A stretch of 64,000 nucleotides of DNA from Camelus ferus. Its lineage: Eukaryota. The notes beneath the pieces are model-generated. The model made no database searches. It worked only from the letters and a program-made list of their open reading frames with translations, and was not told where the DNA came from. The position numbers were made by a program, and so were the translations under genes. This document shows positions 24,720-37,800 of the stretch, in pieces. Within the stretch, counting starts at the first letter, position 1; each line of letters starts with the position of its first letter. Location: the NCBI RefSeq assembly GCF_009834535.1, contig NC_045697.1:31436001-31500000 (forward strand), given 5' to 3'.

Positions 24720-27170
24720 AAAGGAAATTCAATAAATTAGCAGCTAAATTCTCTTCAAATTGAAATATAATGAGCTTATATAGTAACTAAAAAAGTAGCA
24801 ATAGCAAAAAACAAAGTAGACTGATAAAGAAAATTTTGTAAGTATAGAAGCCCCATTACAAATATGTATTACATCTTCTTTCTATTCTTAACAGATTTCT
24901 AAAACAATTGCATATATTTGTATCTATGTCTATATCTATATACTTATAAATTGTGTTGGAGTTATAAAAGAAAGAAATGCAATATATTTGACAAAAATAT
25001 CATCAAGGATGCAGATGGGAATGAAAAGGAACTCAATATATACCTACTTTCTTTTCTTCTCTCTACTTCAAGAGAAAAAAAAATTATCTGAAGGAATAAT
25101 TGTAACAATGTATTGTTGAGTCACTAACACATATGAACAACTGTAATAAAACACAAAGAGAAGGAACAGGAAAGAGAGCTATATAGGAGCAACATTTCTA
25201 TATCTTGTTGAAGTTAGCATAAATCTGAAGTGGATGAGCTGAGATATAAATGGTAAACTCTAGAAAAACTACTGAGGAAATAACTAAAACAATATATAGT
25301 GAAAAAACAGTAAGGGAGTTAAAATATTATACTAGAAAATATTCAATTAATGCCAAAAAATGCCATACATGAGTAACACAGGAACAAAAATCACAAGAGA
25401 CATATGGAAAACAAAAAGTAAAGTGAAATAATGCAAATACAACTATATCAATAATATTAAGTAAGAGTGGATTAAATAATGTGATCAAAAGGCAAATTTG
25501 TAAAACTAGACTTAAAAAATCCAACTATTTAGAATTTAGAGGTGACACACTTTAGAATCAAACCTCCAAATAGGTTAAAAATAAAAGTTTGGAAAGCAAC
25601 AATCGCAGAAAACTGATGTAGTTATACCAACATCTGATAAATAGACTTTAAATCAATAATAAAAAAATAGAGACATACAGGAACATTTCATAATAAGAAG
25701 TCTCAATTCACAAGGAAGATATAAAAGTTATAAATTACATATGAACTTAACAATTGGCCCCCAAAATACACAATATAAAGACTGAGAGAACTGAAAGGGA
25801 AAATAGACAATTCAGTAACAGTAGATAGCTATTTTAACATCCTATTTTCAATAACAGGTAAATTAGAGAAAACAACTGTGCAAAAGAAAAACAATTTTGG
25901 AGAACTCACACGTCCGAATTTCAAAACTTATTATAAATCTGCATTAACCAAGACAATTTGGTACTGGTATAAAGTTAGAAATGCAGAAAAATAAATAGAA
26001 TTGAGAGATAAAAAATAAACTCTCACATTTACATTCACTTGATTTTTGACAATGATTCCAAGACAAATCAATGGGGAAAAGAAGAATCTTTTTTAATGAA
26101 TTAAATTAGACTCCTTTCTCACAGTACACACAAAAACTAACTCAAAATAAAATCTAGACCTAAATATGATAACTAAAATGATAAAGTTCTTAAAAGAAAA
26201 TATGGGACTAAAATATGAGTTAGGTCACATAAGTTAAAATAGAAAATTGGACTTCATCAAAATTAAAACCTTTTGTGCTTCAGAAGATACCATTGAGAAA
26301 ATAAAAATTGAAAAGTATGGAGAAGATTTGTGCCAATCTTATACCTTATAAACTTACCATATCTAGAATATATAAACATTTCAACCTAATAATAAAAGAT
26401 AAATAACCCAAATTTTAAAAATGAATGAAGCATCTGAATAGACATTTCTAAAAAAAAAAAAGATGTACAAAAGACAAATAAACACATAGAAGTTGGTTAA
26501 ACTCATAAGTCATTAGGGAAAAAAGCCAAAATCACAATGATATACTACTTCATACTCATTTGATGACTATAATCAAAATAGCGTAATAATCAAATAACAA
26601 GTATTGATGAAGTATGGAGAAAATGGAACCTATACACTGCTGGTAAGAATGTGCAGTCACTTTGGAAGATAGTCTGAAAGTTCCTTAAAAAGTAAACCTG
26701 AAGTTTCTAAATGATTCAGCAATTACACTCCTAGGTATATAACCAAGAGAAATGAAAAGCTAATTTCACGTAAAAATTTGTACATAAATTTTCAAAGCAG
26801 CATTATAAATAATAGCCAAAGGGTGGAAACAGTTTATGACTGAATAAAATATGGTATATTGATACAATAAGATATTATTTGGCATTGAAAAAAATAAAAT
26901 GTAGATAATGCTATTCCACTGATAAATCTTGAAGACACTATGCTAAGTGACAGAAACCAGTCACAAAAAAAGTGTGATTCTATTTATATGAAATGTCCAG
27001 AATAATCAAATCTATAATGGTTGCCTAGGATGGGGAGAACGAGGGGGAGTGGGGAGTGACTGATAATGGATGTGGGGTTTCTTTTGGGGTTGAAAAAATT
27101 GGGGTTGAAATGGGGGCTCTAGAATTGATTGGTTGAACAATTCTGTGAATATAAACATTGAATTTAGCAA
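24720..27170 (+). mobile_element. Old L1 (L1MB/M4-like): upstream region, endonuclease part, ORF2 3' part and 3' UTR; internally deleted
   Basis: Endonuclease-region motifs ('atagactttaaatcaa', 'caattcacaaggaagatataaaagttataaat'), ORF2 end and L1MB-type UTR 'ggttgcctaggatgggg...ggagtgactgataatggatgtggggtttcttttgggg'. Confidence 0.88.
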
Positions 27171-27194
27171 CAGCAATAACAACACAAAAACTTG

Positions 27195-27401
27195 CCTTTC
27201 AAAATGTCAACTATTGACATTTTGTTCCAAATAATCATTCGTTGTGAGGGTTGTATTGTGCACTGTAGACGTTGCAATGTCACTGACCTCTACCCACTAA
27301 GATGCCAATAATAACCCTTGTCAGTCATGACAAAACAGAAAGTTCCTCAGACATTATTAAATGTCCCCTGGGAGGCAAATCACTCTAGTGAAGAACCACA
27401 G
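27195..27401. mobile_element. MER20 hAT-Charlie DNA transposon
   Basis: 'actattgacattttg...gtgcactgtagacgtt...ctgacctctacccactaagatgcca...cagacattattaaatgtcccctgggaggcaaatc...gaaccacag'. Confidence 0.85.
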
Positions 27402-27664
27402 ATGTAAGTATATAGGAAAGAAAATCAAAGTTTTATGGGATATGTATTAAAAATTTAACTATGGTTCCTCTAGAGAGGTAAAGGCATGATCAAGGTGAGA
27501 GGAGGTAACTTACACATTTTCTCTGAATACTTTTGTGCTGCTTGAAAAGACTAAAAATTGTAATGGCCTCATGTATTATGTGTTTTTAAGAGAATCAAAA
27601 TCAATTAACTTCCTGCCCTCTGAAAAACAAAAAACAAGCAAAGCAGCCCAGTTCTGACTAATAC

Positions 27665-28005
27665 AAAATGCCGCTATAGTAGACCATTCAAAAGGTGATT
27701 GTGGCTTATGGAGATGGAAATGGAGACAAGTAATTTGAATTTTAATTTATTTTTAATATACTGCCTATTAGACTTACTGACAGATTGGATGTGAAGTTTG
27801 AAGAAAACAGATAAAGTATTTTGTTTGTTTTGCCTAGTAACTGGCTGAATGATAGTGCTATTATTGAGAGCTGGGGAAGGACAAATTGGGGACTTTTGTT
27901 GGGAGAAGGAGAATTGATAGTTTCATTCTGGCAATTAATATTGAGATCTGTATTAGACTTCTGCATGGTGACTTGAGTAGACAGTCTGCAGCTCAAAGTC
28001 GAGCA
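27665..28005 (-). mobile_element. L2 fragment
   Basis: 'gacttactgacagattggatgtg', 'ttgagatctgtattagacttctgcatggtgacttgagtagacagt'. Confidence 0.65.
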
Positions 28006-28554
28006 GAGTAACAATTGTCATAACAGTGTGTGACAAACAATGGATAAAGCCCATTTACTGCTAGAAAGTGGGAAATTAATAAACACATTTGAAATAGCTT
28101 ATGATTCATGTGTTTACTTGCCTTATGAACAAATTAATACCTTAAACTTGAAGCAACTGAAAAGAAGAATGTATTTAACATGCATTTTCTAATTTCCCAT
28201 ACTGGATACAAAAAAGATTTACTTGAGAATAAGCAAAAAATATATGCACTATAAAATTTTAAAAAATTAAACATAAAAGAAATCCACTAAATCAGAAACA
28301 ACAACAACAACAAAAAACCAGCAGTGCATTAGAAAGTATCAATATAAACATTGATTTTATGCTCCACTAGACAAAATTAGCTTTGTTGTAATAATGAATT
28401 TAGGAGTAAACACTGTAATTCTAAAAACATCCATATTAGGAATAAGATTTTATTATTTTCATTTCCTCAAACCCAAAACAAAGAGATTCATTCAAAAAGA
28501 CCATCTCATTATTTCTGCAACACTGATACTAGCTTGCGTTGGATGCTTACAGCA

Positions 28555-28725
28555 GGATAGGAGCAGTTAATCTTTGTTAACAACTCTATGAGGTAGGTGT
28601 GCCGTATTTCAGATGAAGAAACTGAGACTTAGACACATTGAATAATTAGCCCAAAGACACACATAAAATAGTGATCATGCTTCAGAGTTTGGCAGTTTGA
28701 TTCCAGAGCTTGCATTTTCATCAAA
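28555..28725 (-). mobile_element. MIR SINE
   Basis: 'acaactctatgaggtaggt...tttcagatgaagaaactgagacttaga...cccaaagacacac'. Confidence 0.8.
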
Positions 28726-29658
28726 CATGGGAGAAGAGGTTACAATTTAAAAAAAAAAAAAAAAAGAAAAGTAAAAACTCTTAATATCTTTCTAGTCTGG
28801 ACATTCAGAACAAGTGGGAAGAAGCAGTAAAGGAAGGTGTGGTTGCTTCCACACACACTGATGTCCACTGCTATTTCCTAACCAAAGCGGTGGAACTGTT
28901 CTCTAGTGAACATAAAGTATCGATCATGTAAGTTTAAATTCAACTTCAGAAATACATTTTTTATTTTATTTTCAAACACATTTACATATTAGTTTTACTT
29001 TCTGTGATAATATAAGCATCATATTTTTCCATACTCCCTATAAAAATTTTCTGACCATCAAATTGTGAAGACCTTCAAGTTCCGCTAATTTGTATAGTAA
29101 AACTAGCCTCAAAATGCAAAATCTGCTTCCCCTAACTGAACGGATTTAAATCACATTGTGGATAAGATATAAACAGACCGGTAAAACAGTGTTTTATTTC
29201 TGAAGTAAATGGACTGAAACAGATGGAAGGGGGAAAAGAGAGCTTTCCTAGAGGCACAGTGTCTGTGTGTCACCAGCTGTTACTGGGAGATGATGTACGA
29301 TAGCAAGTGATGGACAGGAGGGAATCCTAATGCCCGTCGTCTTCTGCTTTGGACTGTTAGGCGTAAGGAGCCTCTCCTTGAGTTCTTTTAATTGAAGGTC
29401 AAGTCTGGAATTTTCAATGCCTACTTAAAATGACGCTGTCTTATTTGATTGAAACATAAAACAAGACTCCAAAACTGTCTATTTTACTCCCACAGTGGAA
29501 TTCAGCTGAAGCTGAATTCATGGAGGAAGCCCTAGGGGATGGGACTGGTGCTGCTGGGACAAGATAAAGGTTAAAATGTAAAAATAAAATATATTCTTAT
29601 GCTGTAGAGTCTGAAAACACTTTTTGTTATTTCAAATTTAAATTAAATTTTGTTATTT

Positions 29659-30457
29659 TATTAGTATTTTTTGCGCTGATTAAAAAATCTTTATTGAAGT
29701 ATGGTTGATTTATATTAGTTTCAGGTATACAGCATAGTAATTTAATATTTTTATAGATACAGTTTATTTTGAAGTTACTGCTAAATAATAGCTATATTTC
29801 TTTGTGTTTCCTGTGCTGTACCTGTGCTGTATCCTTGTTGCTTCTTTATTTTATACATAGTGGTTTGTATCTCTTAATCCCATACCTTTATCTGTCCCCT
29901 TCCCCATCCCCTTTTCCCACTGGTAACCACTAGATTGTTCTCTATATCTTTGAGTCTATTTCTGTTTTGTTATATACATTCATTTTATTTTTTTAGATTC
30001 CATATATGAGTGATGTCATATGGTATTTGTCTTTCTATATCTGACTCATTTCACTAAACCATCCATGTTGTTGCAAATAGCAGAATTCCATTCACCCAAA
30101 TTGAGAGAAGTAAACCTGTTACTATTTGCAGATGACATGATGCTATATATAGAAAATTCTAGACTCCACCAAAAATCTATTAGAACTAACAAGTGAATCC
30201 AGTAAATTTAGAGAATATAAGATTAATATACAGAAATCAGTTGCTTTTCTATACACTAATAATAAACTATCAAAAAGAGAAATTAATGAAAAATCCCATT
30301 TATAGTCACATCAAAAAGAATAAAATACCCAGGAAAGACTTAACCAAGGAGATGAAAGACTTATCCTGTGAAAACTATAAAATGTTGGTGAAGTAAGTTG
30401 AAAATGATTTGTAAATATATCCTGCATTCTTGGATTGGAAGAATTAACATTGCTAAA
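29659..30457 (-). mobile_element. L1 insertion with 5' inversion (antisense 3' end plus sense reverse-transcriptase segment)
   Basis: About 29688-30093 is antisense 3' UTR/ORF2 end; about 30094-30457 is sense ORF2 ('ctatttgcagatgacatg' = LFADDM; WIGRINIAK); AAATTTTGTTATTT on both flanks. Confidence 0.85.
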
Positions 30458-31199
30458 TTTTGTTATTTGAAATTTTGTTATTTAAGTACACAGAGAGGGG
30501 AAAATGCCATTTTAAACCACAACTGCCTGAATTTGTTTTTTAGAAGAAGTCTAATTTCTGCATTAATTGATTCCTTTAGTATTAGGGGCAAAGCCCCAAG
30601 GCATGTTGTGGATGGCCTAGAATATAATAAATAGTGCTGAATTTATCTGAGAGTTTTAGTTTTCTCACAAAGACTCTTCAAAAGGGGGTCTAGGAATAAG
30701 TAAGAAAAGATATAATTAGGGCATGGAGAAAAGTGTCTTGGAAGATAAAGAAGCCAAAATAAATGAAGGAAACCTGAGAACAGAGTAAAAGACAGCAATT
30801 ACATACTTGAGTAATTATTTGGCATTGTCTTGACGTAGTGAATGCAGGTCACCTCTGGAAGATGGGTAGATTAATCATGCTGGCAGCAGACCTTGGAACA
30901 GTCTACAGCAATTACAAGCAAGGTATTAGATTTACACATAGCCCCATGGATAAGGCATAAGAACAGTGTGCCAAGTGAAAAAACATGCAATGAGTAATAA
31001 GATAGAACAACAAAAACATTCCTGTAAGTTATAATATATGCATGCAAAATTATATTTTTCAAGTTTGTGATAGAATAAAAGATGTACTTAACACACTCAA
31101 GTGATTAGAAAGCAAAGGGGAAGAAGTGGTTTGTGGAGACAAAGGGTATAGGAAATGACGCATCAAAGTTGAAAGAACACAAAACATAAAAGAGAGACT

Positions 31200-31290
31200 G
31201 GAGACTGGGTATAGTTCAGTGGTAGAGCATGTACTTACCATGCTGGAAGTACTGGGTTCGATCCCTAGTACCTCTGTTAAAAGGAAAAAA
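31200..31290 (+). mobile_element. tRNA-derived SINE (camelid Vic-1-like, short form)
   Basis: A box 'tagttcagtgg', B box 'ggttcgatcc', A-tail; flanking repeats aaaagagagact (31188-31199) and aaaagagagagact (31288-31301). Confidence 0.85.
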
Positions 31291-31301
31291 AGAGAGAGAC
31301 T

Positions 31302-31680
31302 AGATAAGTCAGCTTGGGCTCCCATAACAAAATATTACAGATTGGGTGGCTTAAACAATGGACATTAATTTTCTCACAGTTCTGGAGTCTAGACATCTGT
31401 AAGCAAATTCAGTGTCTGGTGAAGATTATCTTCTTGTCTTGTAGACAGCCGCCTTCTCAGTTTTTCCCCCTATGGCCTTTTTTCTCTGTGCTCCTTCAGA
31501 AAGAAATCGTTGGTGAATTTTCCTCTTTTCTAACACCAGTTTTAACAGATTAGAGACTCACTGATACGGCTACATTTAATCTTAATTACTTCCCTAGAGG
31601 GCTCATCCCCAAATATAGTGAGACTGAGGACTACAGTGTCAACATATGAATTTTAGGGGAACACAATTCAGTCTTTAACA
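31302..31680 (-). mobile_element. MLT1A-like MaLR solo LTR
   Basis: 'cataacaaaatattacagattgggtggcttaaacaa...ctcacagttctggag' to 'catatgaattttagggaacacaattcagtctttaaca'-like end. Confidence 0.88.
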
Positions 31681-31894
31681 GGAGCCTTCTGTGGACCAAT
31701 AACGATAGAATGCAATTTGAACTAAGGGGTATAGTATACAGGCAAAATTTTACATGAAATTTTTAAAATATACATGAATTACACTTTAAAAGTAAACATA
31801 CATAATATACATAAATATACCTAAAATGTCCCTAAGCTTATACATAATAATATACATATGAAAAGTTTAAAAATTACACATAAATAGAAAAGAA

Positions 31895-31982
31895 ATATAT
31901 GTATATGTAAAACAGAATCACTATGCAGTACACCAGAAATTAACACAACATTGTAGATCAACAATACTTCAATTAAGAAAAG
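31895..31982 (+). mobile_element. Very short L1 3' tip
   Basis: 'gaatcactatgcagtacaccagaaattaacacaacattgtagatcaacaatacttcaattaagaaa'. Confidence 0.8.
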
Positions 31983-32269
31983 TATACATAAACATAAGTC
32001 CTGCCCTCATATGTTGAAATAGTAGAGGTAAAACTTGGTTTTCCAACTTACATTGAAATAAGGGCTCAAGTTAGCTATATTTAAATATGAGTAAGGATAG
32101 CCCTGTGTAACTGGAACACTTTGGGATACCCTGTCAGCTAACACTTATGTTTCTCCTAATAAGGGGCACGATAAAATTAAAATTCAAACAGAATGTATTT
32201 TATGATAAACACTTCTCCTTGGCTCAATACTTCTTTAAGATTTATTGATAAGTATTCTGGAAATTGTTG

Positions 32270-32605
32270 CTTTCCAGCCCCATTGTCAAAGTTCTAGGCT
32301 CTCTCCTCTAGTGCAGGCCGTCTGCATGAGATCTGAAAGACAGAGGGGGGGATGCGTTATTCTCCTCTGACTGTGGTAGGTAAACATTTGGGAAGACAGC
32401 ACGTCTGTGTGTTTCAGAAGCTTCAAGTGATGTGTTTTAGTGCTGGTAGCAGTTAATTCATCAGTGGTGGAATCCTGTGATTTTTGACCTTTCCTAATTC
32501 CGCTTTAGTCAACAGTCACCCTTTCATAAGTTTTACAAATATGTCATTTCCTATATTAAATCTCTTTTGGTTAAAATACCTTGAGTCATTTCTGTTTCCT
32601 GGATA
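32270..32605 (+). mobile_element. LTR33-like ERVL LTR fragment
   Basis: Ends 'cctatattaaatctcttttggttaaaataccttgagtcatttctgtttcctg'. Confidence 0.55.
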
Positions 32606-33496
32606 ATTATGAAATCATTCAGTGATTTTTAGGAATATTCTAAATCCTCTGTTTATAAATTTAAAGTAAAATCCAGTTGCTCAGCATTTTATTAAATCAA
32701 GCTTCCATTTATAATTGAATTTTTGTGACCTATAACACTTTCAGTGATATCTTGTTAATTTTAACTTATGTAAAGATTCTATTGAAACTCTGTCCAAATT
32801 ATAGAAGCATTAAGTATTTGAAAACTTTGTGATTAATACAGGTCAAACTTGAACTCAATTCTATAATAAATTTATTCAAATATCGTGAATTTATTATAAG
32901 TATGAAAGAACAAATAAAAGATTTTGAAAAAAAGTATTGAACAATGGGTTTTAAAATTGTATTTTTAACTCCTAAGGTTTAAAGATATTTATATATGAAT
33001 TACTTTTAGTGTGTTTTCCGTTCTATTGACCTTTTAGAGGAAAAGAATAAAGCGTAAATAAAAATGCAGGAGTATTTTTAAGTGGGCAGAGCAAAACGGA
33101 GGTGTTTTGCTTTATTATCATTCTATGTGGATCACCTATTTATCCCAAAAAAAATCCTTAGGAACATTTTTCATGTATATAAATCTTTAAATACTCCCTT
33201 TTTAGGATTCTTTTTTCTCCTTCTAGACTGTTTCTCAATAGTTATGACTTTTCTGAATTACTTACTTTTCACTCCTTTGACCCAGAAAAGAGTCATTCAA
33301 GGAGTAAGACCTGATTCTGTTAAAGTCCTAGGATCCTATTAGAATCCGTTAACTTCTTGCCTGATCAGATCTGCAACGGTCCATTATGCTGTGCATTATT
33401 GTCTTGTTTGAATGAGTGAGTGGCCCAAGAGATTTTCCATTGACTTATTCCCGTAAATAAATTTAAATAAAGAGAGTTTTTTCCCCTTCTTCCCAT

Positions 33497-33855
33497 TTGT
33501 TTTAGTTTGCTGCCAGGGCTACCAGAGCAATGTAATGCAGTGGCTTACACAATAGAAATTCATTTTCTTACAGTTTTAGAGGCTAGACATTGAGATCAAG
33601 GAGTTGGCAGAATTGTATCTTCTGAGATCTGTCCCTTGGCTTGTAGGCAGCTTGGTGTTTCTGTATGTTCTCGTCTGTATCCTAACCTCTTCTTCTTATA
33701 AGGACACCATGTTGGATAAGGGCCTACCCTAACAACTGCATTTTAATTTAATTACCTCTTTAAAAGCCCTATCTCCACATCGTCACACTCTGAAGTACTA
33801 GGGATAGGTGCTCCAACATATGAATTTTGGGAAGACATAATTTAGGCTAAGGCAC
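33497..33855 (-). mobile_element. MLT1A/B-like MaLR solo LTR
   Basis: 'tggcttacacaatagaaattcattttcttacagttttagaggctag', 'cttcttataaggacacc', 'caacatatgaattttggg'. Confidence 0.88.
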
Positions 33856-36200
33856 ATATTAACTTATTGTTCACAAAATCAGGGAGGGAAAGGTCAGTGC
33901 ACACCATCATAATCCCTCTAAAGCTTGAAAATAATAAATGTAGTGGAATAATATCCTCTATTAAATCATCACCAAAGGCAGAAAATACACTCTCATCTCA
34001 GTAAGTAGCCATCGATAGATAAAATTTCTAATTAGTAGAGTAAAAAAGTTTTGCTTTACCTAACAAAAATAAACTTTATCATGCAAGACAAAAGTCATGA
34101 GAAAAAAATTCTAGAAAATGTATAGAGTTTTTTAACCCAATAATTCAAACACATTTGAAGATGAAAAAAATTTTAATGCACAAATATGATTCCCTAAAGA
34201 TGAAACAATCATTTATGTTTCCCCAGTGTGTAGAGAGGAAAGGAACATTTGAAATGCCTCTAACACTTCACTTTATCGTTAAGATGAAACACAGCTTATT
34301 TTAAAATTTAAAAAGTATGGTTTTGGGTTTTTTAAATTATAATTTAGAATGCGAATATGTAGTTACTAAAAGTATAGCAGATTTTTTTTTTTTTTCCTAA
34401 AGAGGTACTTGCCAGTTTCAGTGAGACATAGAATTTTGGGAATGATTCAAATACAACAAAGCTCTTTGAGTTTTACGGTTATTAGAGGTCTTTGACACTG
34501 CTGGAAAAAGCAAGTGAGGATTTAGACAATAATGCCCTATGGTACCAAATGGGTGTAAAAATTTTTTTAATAAGTGTAGAGGAAGCTGACAGACAAGATG
34601 AAAGATCACTCTTAATTAATAATCACTGGCAAACTTTGTGAAATTACTGTATATTTGTCAATGTCAAATCTTAATTTTTAAATGTTAAAAAAATTCTTAA
34701 TTATTTTATTCTAGCCAATCTGTATTTCATTTTTCTCTCTGCTCTTTCTTGTATATCTTAACTCACAGTCTGAGAGAATGGGAGATAATGAATTGGCAAT
34801 GCTTGTCAGAGTATTATCTTAGACTTTTTGATGTAAAGTCATTATCAATTGCCCTTGATGCTTTCAATCACGTATTTAAAAAAAAATATTTTAAATTTTA
34901 GCAGTAGGTACTATATCCAAGAAAAGGGAAGCATTTTTCTTTAAAAAAAAGATTTGTATTTTATTAAAATTTATAATTTCATATTGTTATTTTGTATCAT
35001 ACATTCTGCTGCATTTATACACTTGATAATTTTTAAGGTACATACACCTAAAATGTATGAACATGATATCTAAGAGTATTTTATAAAGTTTTATTAGCAC
35101 AATGTCTGTATTTTACATTCTAAGGAAATTACTTTTTCTTAAAACATAACTTATCTTCTAGCTTATAGTAGATTGCCGACATACTAATTGTGCTGTATAA
35201 TTTATGTCGATGGACTGTTGGCATTGTGTAAATAGAAGTATTTTATAACTGTTGATTACAGAAACCTGGGAAATAAAAGAACTATGAGATGACTAAAGAA
35301 GAAAAACAGAGAAATATGTTCAATTAAGGAATTTTAAAATAAGAAAATGTAAACGAATGCAATTAAGTTTCCTAAGCTTTGCAATATCTTGAAATGTAGC
35401 TCCCTTACACCTTCAGTATAGAAATTTCTGTAACTCTTTTGGATTCATCTGATAACACATGATTTGACTACCAATGAAATTTCTTTAAATTATTATCTAT
35501 CCTTCCATCCAGTGGAAGAATGATGCGGACTGGACAGGTGAGATCTCCTTTGTTTGGGATGGGACCTCTTCATCGCAACCACCACCTAGGAAATCTGCAT
35601 ATGTCCCCAGGATATACTGTACCATAGTCATACTCTGTTTTACCTAGTTGTTTGCACACCTGTTTCCAAGAGTGGGATCAATATGGTGGTGTTTCTGATT
35701 TAAATGACATTGAAAATTTATGCTTCCTACAACAGAGTTGAAATGTCAGCATCTGAATCATTGCTGGGAAAAATATTGCTCAAAATCATAATGAAAAAAT
35801 GAAAGTGATCCATTTAATAAGTAAGGGACCAAGTATTCTGGCAAACTTAGAGGAGGAGAAACTGGATTTGATACCAGAAAAGGGAATGCTGCATGCAAGA
35901 GGCTGCATTTGAGTTGAACCTTAAAATACAGACTCTCCTGAAATCAAATTGAAATAAGTAAATAATGAAAATCGCTATATTCTATTCCATAAATATTTAC
36001 CAAGCCAGTCACTCCTTTTCAAATGGATGTGAAGGGAATGATGCATCTGGAAATACATTATTTATATTCACCAAGATACACTCAGTTCCTGACACTAATT
36101 CTGCAGCTAAACAATATTCAATGGGTACATAATAAAGTGTATTTTTATTATGTGTGACAAACATATATATGAAAACTTACTAATTTTCAGGGTAGAACTT

Positions 36201-36368
36201 ACTTTCCCCTGTTTTTTATTGAAGTATAGATGATTTACAATGTTATGCTAGCTTCTGGGGTAGAGCATAGTGATTCAGTTATATATATATATATATATAT
36301 GCATGTACACATATTCTATTTCATATTCTTTCTCACTACAGGTTACTACAAGCCATTGAATATAGTTC
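36201..36368 (-). mobile_element. Short 5'-truncated L1 3' end with target-site duplication
   Basis: Antisense L1 tail; flanks ttcagggtagaactt (36186-36200) and ttcagggtggaattt (36369-36383), the latter followed by AA. Confidence 0.88.
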
Positions 36369-37629
36369 TTCAGGGTGGAATTTAAATATGTATTGCTTGT
36401 ATGAGTTACCATTTATCGTGATCATAGTCTAGTCTCAAAAAAAATATTGACATATGTCAGATAGCTTTACTAAAATATCATTTTACAGGGCAAGAAGGGG
36501 CAACTTTTCTTTCGTATTGTTTCCTCTAGTTGAGTTATTACGGATAAAGTAATTTCAGAAACAATTTCCAATAAAATTATTCAGTGTTATTTTATAAATT
36601 TCTGAAAATGAAGCATAATTCTCATTAAACTAAATTACTAGGTCAATAATATTATTTCAATATGTTGTAAATACAGCTTTAGAATGACACAGGGAGCCAG
36701 AAAATTCATACCTGATGTTGAGCTATAAGGTAAAAATGGAATGAAGTTGAAATTATTATTATTATCATTTTTTGCCTTACTTCTTTGGTGACAGCTGTTC
36801 ATTTTGAAGCACATTGTGTGAATAGCTCGTGTCTATAAATAGAGGACATGCTGATGCTTCTAACCTTTTTTCTATGTTACAAATAGTACATGAAAATTAG
36901 ATGTTCCTTAGAAATGAGTTATATATTTTATTATCACTTTCACGTGATGTTACGAAGAGTTATCACTTCTTCAGAAGTAAATATGATCATTTTTTGCTTA
37001 TATATTTGGTCATTTTAGTAAGGAAAAGATTACTTTAATGAAAGCAAGATTGTGAAGAATTATGCAGTGTAACACTTTGATCTGTGAACTTGCAAAAATT
37101 CTATTTACATGAAATTTTGATACAATGGGTTTCAGTGAATAGGTCAAAGTTACTGATGTACCTTGATGCCTCTATGGATATGCCAACACTTTTTAAACAA
37201 AGTTTGAAATTTTTTTGTTACAATTCTGGATACATATTATTATAATGTGGACCATTAGTAGTCATAATATTGAATTAAGTATGGGACAATTAAGTCGTGC
37301 CAAATTATTTTAAAAAGCATGTATTGTACAAAGTAATTACTATTCTTAAATTGCTATAACTAAAAATCTCTTAAATTTACTGGGAAAATTTAAAGCAATA
37401 TGCTCCATTCCATCTCCTAAATGTTCACTGGACCACGCAAAACCTTTTCTTAGGGAGTTCGTAAATAAGCATACTCAGGAAAATAAACTACTCAGCGCCA
37501 GCTTGGTCAAAAGTGGCCATGTAGAGAGTGTGATAAAACAGAATCCAGTTTTATTTCTTCAGTTGACATACAAGGAAATATGTTTTCCAAGTGTACCTGT
37601 TAAAACAGAAGCCCAACAGCCTTTTTTCC

Positions 37630-37800
37630 TGTTGACTGTGTTTACTGCATGTTATCTGTAGCATTCCTCATTTTATATCTTGCATCCCAAGGTGGATTCA
37701 ACATCTCTCAAGGAGGCTGTATTTCTTTTGTTTATCTGATGTACCTATCATAGTACCATTCATTGAGCTGTTCTATACATATCTGTTGATTTTGTGTGGA
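37630..37800 (+). mobile_element. L2 3' end (degenerate)
   Basis: 'tctctcaaggaggctgtatttcttttgtttatctgatgtacctatcatagtacc...catatctgttga'. Confidence 0.5.

Noticed and set aside
28749..28778. Orphan poly(A) tract as a retro-insertion
   Set aside because: No body or target duplication visible; treated as a simple repeat
31200..31290. Functional tRNA gene
   Set aside because: Has A and B boxes but ends in an A-tail with flanking direct repeats, so it is a SINE
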